The notes beneath the pieces are model-generated. The model was not told the DNA's origin, searched no databases, and saw nothing but the letters and a program-made list of their open reading frames with translations. A stretch of DNA of 57,115 nucleotides, counting the filler, from Dugesia japonica (taxonomy: Eukaryota): NCBI GenBank assembly GCA_001938525.1. It is 6 parts of 6 records of this genome, joined end to end, with 100 filler letters (N's around TTAATTAATTAA, not from the genome) between each part and the next. Parts side by side here need not be neighbours in the genome. Positions count along the whole stretch, not along the records: positions 9,382 to 20,034 come from MQRL01549477.1; positions 20,135 to 28,933 come from MQRL01626073.1; 4 more parts are not named here. The stretch is one strand, 5' to 3'. The position numbers and the translations under genes were made by a program. Below are positions 11,101-23,843 of the stretch, piece by piece; position 1 is the stretch's first letter; each line of letters opens with the position of its first letter.

Positions 11101-14100
11101 TGGGGTGTTATTCATCTACTAATGTAATACTCAGATTGATGACATCGCGTCTGTCTGCAACACAGGTTTTGAAATCCCACTTATTCCGGCCCTGCTTTTC
11201 ATATTAGTGAAGGGTTGCCCAAAGCGGGACATGTGGCCAGTTTTATTTTTATGTACGGCCATAAATGTGATTAACAATGTTATTAAAATCAAAACAATAC
11301 ATATTTCGTAATACTATTTTGAGAAAATTGTTGAGATGTCTTTGGGATTTCGCAAAGGCAAATCAACAAGATCGTGAGTTTTGTAAAATTTAAATATGAA
11401 ATCCAAATATTATTTTATATACGTCTTTCCTTAGTGTGATTAATATAAATAGAATAATATCGTATAAATACACTATATAGTGTTNCTTATGTAATTGAAA
11501 TAAAGATTTACTTTTAAATTTTTATTAAGATACAATAAACGATTTACAAAATTTCTTATTTTAATTCAAGTTAATATTTTTATCTTCTGGTCTGCAACTC
11601 TAGAAGTTTTTGACCTTTTAAAAGATTTAAAATAAAGTGAAGAAAATGAAATTAAGCTCTCTATTTATACTAAGAGGTACGCATGCAAATCATCAGAAAT
11701 CATAAATATTTACAAAAATAATACAATAATTCATTAAAAATTATAAATATTTATAAAATTTTCTATTTTTATAAAATTGTTTATTATTTTATAAAGAGAA
11801 ATTATTTTAATTTCTATTTTATTTTAATGAAAAAAATGATAATTTAACATAACGCTAACATGATTGTTAATAAATCAACATCCGTTTAAAGTGAAAAATG
11901 GACATCGAATTCAAATTTACAAATTTACAAAATTAGATCCGAATAAAATAAATACATAGAATATAAAAATAAAAATGACATAAAATAATTTGAAAGTCAA
12001 TAAAAAATTAAAATATATACAATACAAAAGGTCAGATTGTGAAAATCAATAATATATATAAAGTCTGATTAATTTTAATTTCTGATCAATTCGAATTATC
12101 AAATCCATTAATTTGATTGGAGCAGCTGGGTTGTTGAATTGTTATTGAGTTGAATGAGCTTATGATTTTGTTTGTATATATGTGTGTATATGTATTGGTT
12201 TGTTGTTTGTATTTATTTATTATTTATGAGCTTTCCTGAACAAAATAAAATCGATTTTCAATTTCCAAAAATCCGTGTTTTATTATTGACGTTAAATGTA
12301 AAACATTACTCCTTGTTATTCATTTTTTAAGAATCTACAATACCCGAATCGAATGTAATTTAAAAGAATTAACTTATAAAAATAATTAATTTGAATAAAA
12401 AATTGAATTACAAATTGTGTTTGGTTTTGTAGCAATAATTTTTGTTATCAGTCAAATTTCGCGATTCTTTGAGCACCCATGTATTAGTAATTCCTAAAAT
12501 TCAAAATAGTCTGTTCATATTCCGAATACGCATCCTTTGACTACTTATTCAACAACATGTAGGGCTTATGGATGACTACTTGCTCGCTTTGGTTTGCGTT
12601 CTTTATTCTATTTGTCATGAACATTATTATTATTATTATTATTATTATTCAAAAAATCAATAATTTATAATTCCATTTAATTCAATAAAATACAACAAAT
12701 CACAATTAGCAGACCTGTATCTTCAGAAAAAATCCAGAATTTGAAAGTTTCAATGGAATCAATCATGGATATCAATAAAAGATTTTGCAGCTGAACATGG
12801 AATTACCCTCAATGTTAGGAAGCGTCATTGTCACAACATAATGATAAGAAAATCAACCTATCATAAAAGAAGAAAATTCAGAATAAATGATTAGTGAGGA
12901 AGAAAGTATGGGCATATAAAGCGAAGAAAATTACAGTCATAATTTTTATGAGTGAGATTTTCTTATTGTTAGCAAGTGGCTAACATAAACCTAGAAGCAA
13001 TCAATCAACTGGTACAAAATTATCAATTTTAAAATACAAAAATAGAAAGATTAGTTAACCGAAGCGTGCTGCCCATGTGTAAGTAGGTAGATGCGAGCGC
13101 ACGAGACCTCCTCCCCTTCTAGCGATAAGACCCTGCCATGGTCTAAAATTTTGGTATGAGTTATCATGGATTTATTGATTTTTGATTGGATCAAATACGA
13201 ATTTTTTTTGGTTTAATTAATCGTTGAATTTTGCCGGAATTTTAAATTTTGTTTTATTTTTTTGAATTGTTTAAAAAATTTTTTTTGTGGTATTGTGGTT
13301 GGGTGGTGTGAATATGTTTTGAAAAGCAAGTTGAAATTTTTGTGTGTGCTTGAAAATCATTTTCTTAAAATCTTTTTTTAAAAATTAAAAGTTAAATAAG
13401 AAAGTAAAGTAAATTAAATTAAATTTTTTTGTACAAAAATTATGAATAGTTTAAGTATTAGCTTAAATATTTTTATACGCAATTTATTGTCGATTTTTGG
13501 AAATTACTATTTTATTTAAAGTTTCTGAAATATTCAAATTGGAAATAAGTAATTATAAATAAATAAATATCTATTTTGTTTCAAATTCCAGAAATATTTT
13601 AATTGAAATTTTAATAATAAAGTAAAAATGTTATCTAAAATTTTAATAAATTGAAAAATGATTTCCAATTAATTTGTTTGAATAAACAAATAGTGATGGT
13701 TATAGTTTTGTTTTGTGAATAAATATTTTATGGAAACGAGTTTTGACATCAATTATCCGATGAGTACTTAAAATTCAATTAACTAGTGGTATTGTGTGTA
13801 GAAAGTGCAGCTGCACATTTGTGATATTGGGGTGTGTGTGTGTAAGAATAAATTGAAAAACGAAGCTTGAGTCAAAAGTGTTGTGTGTGTTGGCTTTATT
13901 GATTTTTACAGTTTTAGTTTTGATGGATTCTTGCTAGTCCAAAAGTTTGACCTATACATTGTTTAAAGTACTTAAGCTGTAAAATTTGCCTGGGACTGAC
14001 AGAGTTGTAAGTGTATGAGACCTTGGCAATGAGTTACCGTGCATTTTTCTTAAAACCGGTCTGATGTTGTGGGTAGTTGATGGATTTGCATAAATTTGGT

Positions 14101-15100
14101 TTTATTGAAGAAATGATGTATGTAATTTATATGGTATATGTGATTTATAACTTTTTTGGGGTGGTTTTATGAATTATTGATTTATTTTTTGACGGATAAA
14201 TTTTTTAAGTAGCATATGTATGCAAAATTGGTTTTTTTAGAGTTGAAATTATTTTTAGTGGACGTGTTGATGAAAAGATGGTGGTTGTATATTTTTCTGG
14301 GGTGTGTGTTTGTGTTTATGAGTTTTTAAAAACCACCTTTAGAATGGGTTTGGGTTTTTAAATGTGTTGGTGTTCCATCTATGCTGGATGTGTTTTTTTA
14401 TGACCGGGGGTGTGGTCACCTAGTAGAACCCCACTAAGAACTTAATCTTGAATAGGACAGATGACTAACAATCCGTTGTTTGAGGGCATGTCTGCACTAC
14501 TTTGGTTCGGGTTCTTCCTCTCCTCCTGATGCATAACTAAATAGTTGTTAACCTATTGTTGGTCCAGGTTTGTCCAATCATTTGCATCCAATAACTACTC
14601 GTTATAGTAAAACTATGATTCCTCTTATCGTTATATTCATTATGACGCTGTACACTTAGTTATTTTTATCCTTATGAATACAGTTTTTACTTATCTTAGT
14701 CACCCTCAGTGTATATGTTACCTCAGTTATCTGCTTATTGCTATGACTGTTACTTATGATCTCCAATGTTATAACACTCATAATTGATATTGCTTTCTTC
14801 GATTATTATGAATACATTCAACTGGTCTGCCCTACATGCCAGGTCTCAAAGAATAGCGAACTTACAACTAANTATATCTACGCTATTTACTACTTTATTA
14901 ACCAGTGACTAGGATATCCATTTATTATATGCATTATAATTTTTTAAGGGGTGGCTGTTATTGTTCATATGGTTATTTAGGGCTGGAATCCCTGTTATCA
15001 CAATCACCAACATAGTTATTACAAAAGCTGCCAATATCATTATTATAATTATTTTTATCGCCATCATTTTTATTATTATTACTATCATCACTATTATTAT

Positions 15101-16365
15101 TGTTGGGGTGAAACACCCTAGTATCGAAGATAAAACGGANNNAGAACCCAAATCAAAGAAAAAGAACCAGCCCAAACAAAATCAAAAAAAGAAATTAATA
15201 AAGGGAAGACCGCCCCAGCAAGCGGTCAATTAATAATTAAATATTAATTTGTAACAAAATTAAAACGAAGATAATCACAAATAATTAAGAATATTCCGAA
15301 AGAAAGTAAATATGCGAAATTAAAAGGGAAAGAGTTAAAAGTCGTGAGACGAGCTAGGCGGAATCATCCCTAATTAAAAAATACTTCAAATTAAATTAAA
15401 ATTAATCAAATTTCAGTTAATTAAAATTTGGAAATAATAACGAAAAAAAAGTTATTAATACGAAAAAGAAAGTTAATTAAGACGAAAATCTGTAAAAAAG
15501 GAATAACTTCTCTCCGAATGCTCAGAAATCAACAGCAAAAAAATCAGAAAGCCTCTAACAAGAGGAATTCAANNNNNNNNNNNNNNNNNNNNNNNNNNNN
15601 NNNNNNNNNNNNNNNNNNNNNNAAATTAATAAAGGGAAGACCGCCCCAGCAAGCGATCAATTAATAATTAAATATTAATTTGTAACAAAATTAAAAGATA
15701 ATCACAAATAATTAAGAATATTCCGAAAGAAAGTAAATATGCGAAATTAAAAGGGAAAAAGTCGTGAGACGAGCTAAGCGGAATCATCCCTAATTAAAAA
15801 ATACTTCAAATTAAATTAAAACTAATCAAATTTCAGTTAATTAAAATTTGGAAATAATAAAGAAAAAGTAGTTAAGTAATACGAAAAAGAAAGTTAATTA
15901 AGACGAAAATCTGTAAAAGAGGAATAACTTCTCTCCGAATGCTCAGAAATCAACAGCAAAAAAATCAGAAAGCCTCTAACAAGAGGAATTCAATTCTGCT
16001 AAGATGAAACTGTTAACATTTTCAGAAAGGTCAGGAAGAGGCTAAGAAGATAAGGCCAATGAGAAGGCATTAAATAAGTGTGAAACAAAGAATAAAAAAT
16101 CATATAACATCTATAATTATACATCAATAAGAAACAAAGAGTCTGAAAAAGTCTGAAAATCAGACAATAGACCAATAAAAGCATGAAAAGCAAAGTTAAA
16201 AATAAAGACCCAAGAAGAAGAAGGTTAGGGTGTATGAAGAATACTATAAAACCCTCTCGAAATATGTAGAAAGTCGTCTTAATTTTATTTAAATATTAGA
16301 CTTGCTTTTGCGCAGTAATTTTAACTTTAAAACTTGGATTCCATTCAATAGATGGAGCAGTTACA
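15101..16365 (+). mobile_element. Possible long LTR
   Basis: Starts TGTTGGGGTGAAACAC (same 16-mer at 18943), purine-skewed, TATAAAA near 16244, ends …GTTACA followed by GTGG. No TSD identified. Confidence 0.35.
15192..15992. repeat. Near-identical direct duplication of about 375 bp across an N gap
   Basis: 15192-15572 matches 15623-15992 with a few indels and substitutions. Confidence 0.9.
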
Positions 16366-17689
16366 GTGGAAATTTAAATTATCTCGGCGCAAATCAATTT
16401 TAGAACAAGAAATTGTTATTTATTATTTTTTTTCTGTTTAAATATATTTTATGATATAATGGAGGATTTAGTGTTATTAATTATGAATAAAGTAATAAAA
16501 TTCCTACTCACGTTTTTTGTGACATGCGATATTAATAACATTTTTTATTTCCAATTTTCAAACGCATAAGCCTTCATTCAACTAACTGTATTAAGGATAA
16601 ACAATTCATTTGCTGCTTTACCGTGGAAATTAAGCTCCGAAGTAATTCCTGATGCCTTTGGCTCAGTAATACTCATTAACGTCTTCTCCTTCAATATATA
16701 CACACTAGACAGCTAGATTTCCAACACAACGTTGTATTTTACAGACACTTGAATCACCTGACGATAGCATACAAATCTTCTTTTCTAATTACCATCACGA
16801 AGTAGAAACAAGATTTATAATGAGGATGTGTGTACAATACTGAGATCAATTTATTGTGTTAACATGCAGGGTAGAGATTTTCGATTCCTTATGAACCTCT
16901 GATAACTTAGAAAAACAAGATTAATGATTCTTTAAGCAATCACGGCCAGCATATTTTACATTTTTGTCATGTTAACTGGTGGTAGTAGGTTTCAATAAAA
17001 TTAGGGCAATCTGTTGTGACTACTACCCAAGTTTAATGTCGTTCGAGTTGTATCTTTTCCATCAATATTAACGATGACTTATTGAGATTAATGTTTCATC
17101 TTTCATCATAAATATTCTGCCCCGTTTTAGTTGATATCGACATGCTCATTTTAGTAACGAGATGAAAATTATTGTCTCATCTATCAAATGAACTCTATTA
17201 ATGACCGAGAAGGCTACAAATAAGATGTATAAACAGAAATGTAAATATTACCGCATCGAGGCCGAAATTTCTTTCGCGCAAGAAAGAGCTTGGAAAGTCC
17301 AATTGAAGTCATTCGCAAATACTATTCGGGCCTACATGACCACGAAAACAAGTTAGTGCAAGACATTCTGACCTTGCAACAACGAGTGCCGGTGGAATTC
17401 CTACTTATCGATAAATCCACCCAGACACCACGGAATTAAATGTTCTTGTACATCCTTTGATATCTTTCTTTAAATATAATTCTTTTATGGTTGCCTTAAA
17501 CTTCGTTGATCTCAATTAAATTACTTACTTGTCTCAATAGTCAAATCAGTAATATATTGTGTAAAATAATTACTCATTGTTTATCTTGTAATGTATTGTT
17601 TCAGTGCCTAGAATACTTTTACCAAACAGCCTTTGGCACTACCATAAGTTAATGCAGAAGTTTATAATTGAGAAGCACTATGCTAAGTG

Positions 17690-18910
17690 AGTAGGGGGAT
17701 AGTAGCGCACTGGCACAATTTTTAAAGCAGTTATCGCGCACCCCCCTTTCCTCCCGGGTGGGGGCTCGGAAACACATTACTATTGTGCTAGAATTTTTGT
17801 GCCAGTATTTTTTTCCTAAGATTTTTGGGATCAAAAAAGTTTTGATCGGATCAATTTTTGTTGATCGGATCAAATTTTTTTGATCGGATCAATTTTTTGA
17901 TGCTGGGGATGTGTGTATTTTTAAATTTTAAAATTTGTGTGTATTTGGGTTGAATGTGTGAGAATTTCGGATTTTAAGGGCTTTAATTTAATTGGTTGAT
18001 ATTTGTAAGTAGTATAAGTGTGTTAAAAATTATTTTCGGGGGGAGGAGAGTGGTATGGGTAGAAAGAGAATTAATTATCAGATTTTTTAAGATTTATTTG
18101 AAATTTTTCTGCGGGATGGTTATGACGTCATAATCTTTTGAAATCTTTATTTGGACTAAAAATGCTGTATTTTGCTTCAATTGATGAATTATTAGAAAGT
18201 AATGGTATTTTTGAGTAGTTTTTGAGTATTTTTGAGTGGGAAGGGTTGTTTTTAATATTTTTGAACCGGAAAGAGGAATGTCTTGATATTTGTGAAAAAG
18301 GTTTTGACGGGAAATTCAAAAATTTATTTTTGCATGCGAAATTAAATTTTTTTTGAGCGGTCTAGATATCTATGCATGATACGTGCAGTCTTGATATTTC
18401 GTAAGATACTATTACAAGATATCGGGCAGTCTCTATATTATTACAAGATATCGAGCAGTCTTGATAATTTACAAGGTATGGAGAGTCTTGATATTTTGCA
18501 TGGGATGGGCCAGACTTGATATTTTGCAAGGGATGGGGTAATCAAAATTCCTAGTCATGTGATTTTCTGTGTATTTGTGTTGCATCTGAGTTGCATCTGA
18601 GTTGCATGCTTATTGCATTTATTAAAATTCCTATGCAGTGTTGCTGTATTGCATTCATATTGCATCCATATTGCAATAATTATTAAAACATTGAGACAGT
18701 CTTGATACTTTTTGATATTATTACAAGATATTGGGCAGTCTAAAATTAACATGATAAAATATTCAAAGAGGGGAGTCTTTGTGATATTTACATGATAAAA
18801 TATTCAAATAAAAATCTTCAAAGAGTGAAGTCTTTGTGATATTAACATGTTAAAATATATCAATTAAAAATAACCAGAGGGGAGTCTTTGTGATATTTAC
18901 ATGATAAAAA
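17690..18910. repeat. GC-rich AGTAG-starting terminus followed by minisatellites (probable Polinton TIR region)
   Basis: AGTAGGGGGATAG… start; TTTTGATCGGATCAA repeats at 17835-17900; about 29-bp TTACAAGATATCGGGCAGTCTTGATA repeats at 18360-18745; GTCTTTGTGATATT(T/A)ACATG three times at 18775-18905. Confidence 0.55.
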
Positions 18911-19847
18911 CCTTTCTTTACAAGATGATGATAACATAAAACTGTTGGGGTGAAACACTTGAGAATAGAAAATAAACCAGCAAATACACTTGAAATTAGA
19001 AAAAATGTCACAAGAAAGAAAACGAAGAACACAGACAAAAGAAGGAGTTAGACCAGTTAACGAAAGGAATAATTGTAGAAAAAACCGAAATAAAGGATCT
19101 AAATATGGGAAATGATCCATAAGTTACAAAGGAAGAAAAGAAATGTTGGAAGACAAAATAACGGACTGAGAGAACAAAGAAAGGAAAATTAATAACGGAA
19201 GAAAATAATTCATTAAATAAAAGAAAGGAAGTCAAAGGAAATAATCAACTTACAGAAAATAAATTAAATGAATTAATTAGTAAAAGAAAACAGCAGAATT
19301 AAATTAATTTCGAATCAGAAAACAATGAAATGAACATTGAATTAATATTTTAGAACAAAATAAAATAAATAATTTATTTATTTAAATAAAATAAATCGAA
19401 CAAATTAAAACAATTTAATTCATTAATAAATAATTTAATTCAAGTAAATCATCTATAACATATTGTGAGAATGATTGCAATATTCTCATTCTAAAATATT
19501 TTGATGATTTAATCAAAGCAGTAAAAAACGGAATGCTTCTTTGTAATTTCATCTTTATTTATTAAAATAATACATACCATTTATTTGTTTATGATAATAT
19601 TGTTTTCATGCTCATCATTCTCAGCTTTTTTCCACTTCTTTTTGCAAGTTTTAAAAACATTCATTTGTTTTCTTTTATTTACTCGTTGCTTCTTATTTAC
19701 ATGATGTTTCTTATGCGATTGTTTCTTCTTTTTTCATACTTTTTCTTCTCAAAAGATATTTTTTGACGTTTAACAGCATCATCAGTTACTTGATCAACTA
19801 CAAATTTCTTTAATTTTATCATTTATTTTTTGAAATATTATGAAAAA

Positions 19848-20034
19848 TTACCTATTTTGTTTAAATATTGTAATACCATTTAAATTGAATATATCTGTTC
19901 TCACTCTATAGTCATCTGGACATGGTTGAGTAAAGTTAAGAAATAGATATCCATCTGGTTTTTCCATGAAAATGATTTGTTTTCCCAAACTCGGTAGATA
20001 TTGTATCTTTATTATTTTCCGTTAAATATATAAC
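19848..20034 (-). pseudogene. Polinton/Maverick packaging ATPase C-terminus (internally deleted fragment)
   Basis: …SLGKQIIFMEKPDGYLFLNFTQPCPDDYRVRTDIFNLNGITIFKQNR* matches the Polinton ATPase tail L.RQ…KPYGYL..D..Q..PD..R.RT.IF. Confidence 0.75.
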
Positions 20035-20134
20035 NNNNNNNNNNNNNNNNNNNNNNNNNNNNNNNNNNNNNNNNNNNNTTAATTAATTAANNNNNNNNNN
20101 NNNNNNNNNNNNNNNNNNNNNNNNNNNNNNNNNN

Positions 20135-20706
20135 GGAGACATGAAGCATAATGGACAAAAATGGTGAACGATTAAAATTTACCACATCCTCGTAAAAATT
20201 AAAAATGAGGTGAAAATTTATTTTTAGTAAATCCTCAGAATTCGACTAGAAAATCCTCGTCTTCCCTCTTGAGAAAACCCTTTAAGTCTTCAAAGTTTGA
20301 TCTTTAAAAATTGGGGACTTAGTGTCAGAAAATGTTTGGAATAAATACTTGCCAGAAAGATGAATGAGTCGTGGTACTCTCAGTCTTTCTCGTCCACCAA
20401 GATCACCTGAATTCACCCACTGTTATTTCTTTCACTGTTATGGTATACCTCACAAAGCCATTGTTAAGTTGAAGGAAAGAATAAGAAAAATTCTTCTCAG
20501 AATTTACCAATCGGATGTTGCACAATGTTGTAGAAAATTACAAAAACAATTGGCTCGTCTAATTGACACATGCGGTTCCATATTGATGTTGAACTACTCG
20601 ATTAAATTTTAAAAATAAATGTTTTATCTTAATAAAAATTTGTTTTCATTTAAAATTTTATATATTTTTTGCAAAATTAGTAATTTTTAGGTGTTTCACC
20701 CAGTAT
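20135..20706 (+). mobile_element. Degenerate Tc1/mariner-superfamily (DDxD) 3' fragment
   Basis: RPPRSPEFTHCYFF resembles WPPRSPDLTPCDFF; followed by LKERIR… and a TIR-like end TTTCACCCAGTA. Confidence 0.55.
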
Positions 20707-23189
20707 GCTTTATAGAATTTATGTGGCATTCATTAATTTTAGAAATTTCATTAATTTCTTCTGGTAAAATAATCTGTTCACAGTTATAATGGATTGATAT
20801 AAATTTATCTATTTTGTAATTACATACAAATTTTATCAACTTTTGACTTTTTAAAAAGTTCTTATTATCATACGTGATATAATTTTTTGCTTCTTATTGA
20901 TAAGATTGGTTGCATGTGAAGCATTTGTGATTTTATTTTGAAAATTACTTTTTAGCTTCATTTTATATGAATGATTTTGATTTATCTTAAATCATCGATT
21001 AAATGAGTAAACAAAATTTTAATTCATTTAAATTAATTATCTTGATGCATTGTTGTAATAGTTGTTAAATCCATAACTATAAATATAAGGGGAAATTTTG
21101 AAACTGTAGTTTTATAAGAATTTTTAATTAATGTTGAATAAAATATTTTGTTTTTATAATAATCTGTTATTAACAATTTTAGTAATAAGTCGATATAATA
21201 TTTCTAAAAGGGGTTTTTAAAGAATACTAGTATCTTCCGCTTAGCTGGAATATTTATGTAAATTGTATTTGCAGCCTGAATCTTAATTTGTATTTTAGTA
21301 ATCAATTTAATAATTATTATTTCGATTGTAAACAATAGATTTTAGTGATTACATTTTAGTTATAAACAGTAATTTTAATATTTAATATTAATTCTTAGAT
21401 AACTTTGAAATACTCATCGGATCATTAATGTCAAAACTCAATCACATAGAAAATTTATTCACAAAACAAAACTATATCCAACACTATTTGTTTATTCAAA
21501 CAAATTAAAATCTCATGTTTTAATTGGTGATCATTTTCAAATATTAAATTTTACACAAAATTTTTACTTTATTATTAAATAGTCATTTGAAATATTTAAA
21601 CAAATACATATACGTTATTTAAATTTTAAAACAAATACTCATACGTTATTTAAATTTTCCTCTAAAATTTAAACATTTTTAAATAGAAAGATGTTATGAA
21701 AAATGATCACCAACCACATAAAAATTTCATTTCGCTTTTCAAAACATACTCACAATATATTTTAATATTTTTAGTCGTAAACATTAATTGTTTTAAATAA
21801 TTTTATAACATTTTATTTAGTTTAAACGAAATATTTATTCATTATAACTATTTATCAATATAATTGTTAATCTTTAAATTTATTATCTATCATATTCTTG
21901 GCTGCATTTTTAATTAGTATTATTTTATAATAAATATTTCGAAAGAAGAAAATATTTGTTTAATTTACAGATCAATGGAAAAGTTAATTTTTAGATATTG
22001 AAATTTTTGAAATGAAAACTTTAAAAATTTTAATTTCTGAAATGAAATTTAAGAAAATACTATTGAATTATTTTATTAAAATTCAGATTATTTTTTTATC
22101 AAAACTTAATTAAAATGCTTAATTCAGATTCCATTAGACATGTTGTTTCATCCAGATTTATTCATTACAACGACGAAAATGGAAATTATAACTAAACACA
22201 CTTTGCAAAGAGATGATTTTGTGCTGTATTTGTCTAAATCGGAAGAAATCAATATTTATCCTTTTTGGAAAATTGATGTATATAGAAAAAGATTCAATGA
22301 AGTAATCAAAACTTTGGACTACATAAAAGAAAGATTTACATTATTTTGGTCAACGAAAGCGTAAATATTATTTCGATTCTTTAATTATTATAATGAAATT
22401 GATAAAAAAAACTAAATTATTGAAAAAAAAAATTTCTATATAAACTGAAGAAAACTTGGACAAAGTTGTTAATTTCTTTTTTGACAGCATCTTTTCTGAG
22501 AACTGGTGTCAATCCTATCACATATGCAAAAATGAATTTAGATTGATAATTGAATTAACACATGCGAGTGAACAGTTATCCTGAATGCATTTTATAATGT
22601 AACGACCACTTTTTAATAAATTAAAACCATAAACTGAATATAATTATTTCAATGGTAATTATTCAAACAAAATAAATATTCTAATAGAAAGAAAAAACCA
22701 TTGGAGAAATCAATTCCAATTTCAAAAAAATTACTTTACAAAAAAATTTATTTTATCATTTTAAAATTTTCAATATTAAAATCCGAAACTCCAAAATATA
22801 TTTTTATTATAAATTTAAAAAAGCATTACAATAAAATTAGAAAATATTTAAAATTTAATTTTAGTATCTAGATAGTAACGCATCAGAACTTCTTTCCCAT
22901 ACGCCAAGTGTTTTGAAAATTTAGTGTTCTGAAAATTGAAGGATTTTGATTGGTCGATAAAATTAAGTGAAAAATCTTTACGATTTTCGATTGGTTGGAT
23001 TTTTTTTTGGAATTAAATTTTACAGGGAATTTTGATGGTATGATTTTGAATTTGATATGGTTGAGCTCCGAATAAAATTTTAAATAGGAATATAATTTTA
23101 CATTTTTGAAAAAATGCTTGGTTCTCTCTACAAAGGTAGTAGCGCATCAGAACATTTGAAATTTGTAAATATAAAGATTAAAAATATGG

Positions 23190-23843
23190 GAATAACAAAA
23201 TAATAGGATATATGGATTCAGCATGATTTATCAGAAAAGAACATAAGGAATTACATTGTGATATGTTTTTCTCTGCTACAATAGAATCCATTTAATCCAT
23301 TTTTCAAGCGGATAATAACTGGGGATGAGAAATGTGTTATTTANAAAAACATTAAGCGTCAACTGTCATGGTGTGGTCCATGTGTATCGTTTCTATCAGT
23401 TGATAAACCTGATTTGCATCTATAGAAGGTGATGCTATGCAATTGGTGGGATTCTTTATTATGATATGTTTTCAAGGTGTTAGAACATCAATGCGACAAA
23501 GTACTGTGTTTCAAAACACCGGACCTCATAATGTTTTGGTAATCAAGTCTAAACTGAAAGACATCAGTCGGGAAGTAATACAATATCCTCCGTACTCGTC
23601 AAGCATAGTTTGGTTTGAGTACTATCTGTTCAGATCGCTTCAAAATCATCTGGATACACAACAATTTTAGTCCTTGGAGAATTTCAAAAAGTGCTTGGAA
23701 ACCTTTTTTACAGGTAAACTGCAAACGTTTTAAGAGAAGTGCATAATGGCAATATTTGTATAAATAAAATAATATTTGCATGTTCTAACTTTTTCTTTAC
23801 ATTCTGAATAGAAAATATGGCAGACCTTATTCCGCCATCCAAT
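23190..23843 (+). mobile_element. Mariner transposase relic
   Basis: WIQHDL, FFKRIITGDEK, KVMLCNWWD, YPPYSSSIVWFEYYLFRSLQNHL; TIR-like end GGCAGACCTTATTCCGCCATCCAATA. Confidence 0.85.

Larger units (their letters stand above)
9382..11120 (-). mobile_element. Polinton/Maverick-like terminal segment with compact ORFs
   Basis: Terminus …CATCTACT (5'-AGTAG on minus), subterminal 34-bp repeats, then tightly packed intronless co-oriented ORFs (10610-10308, 10150-10013 frameshifted, 10013-9722 with TAAATG stop/start overlap) and the MCP-like ORF. Confidence 0.55.

Noticed and set aside
15192-15992. Tandem duplication as a real event
   Set aside because: The copies abut an N gap; likely unmerged haplotype overlap.
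21960-22570. Possible host exons (also 27340-27640 and 30200-30540, minus)
   Set aside because: Some splice-like signals but no recognisable protein and no consistent gene model.
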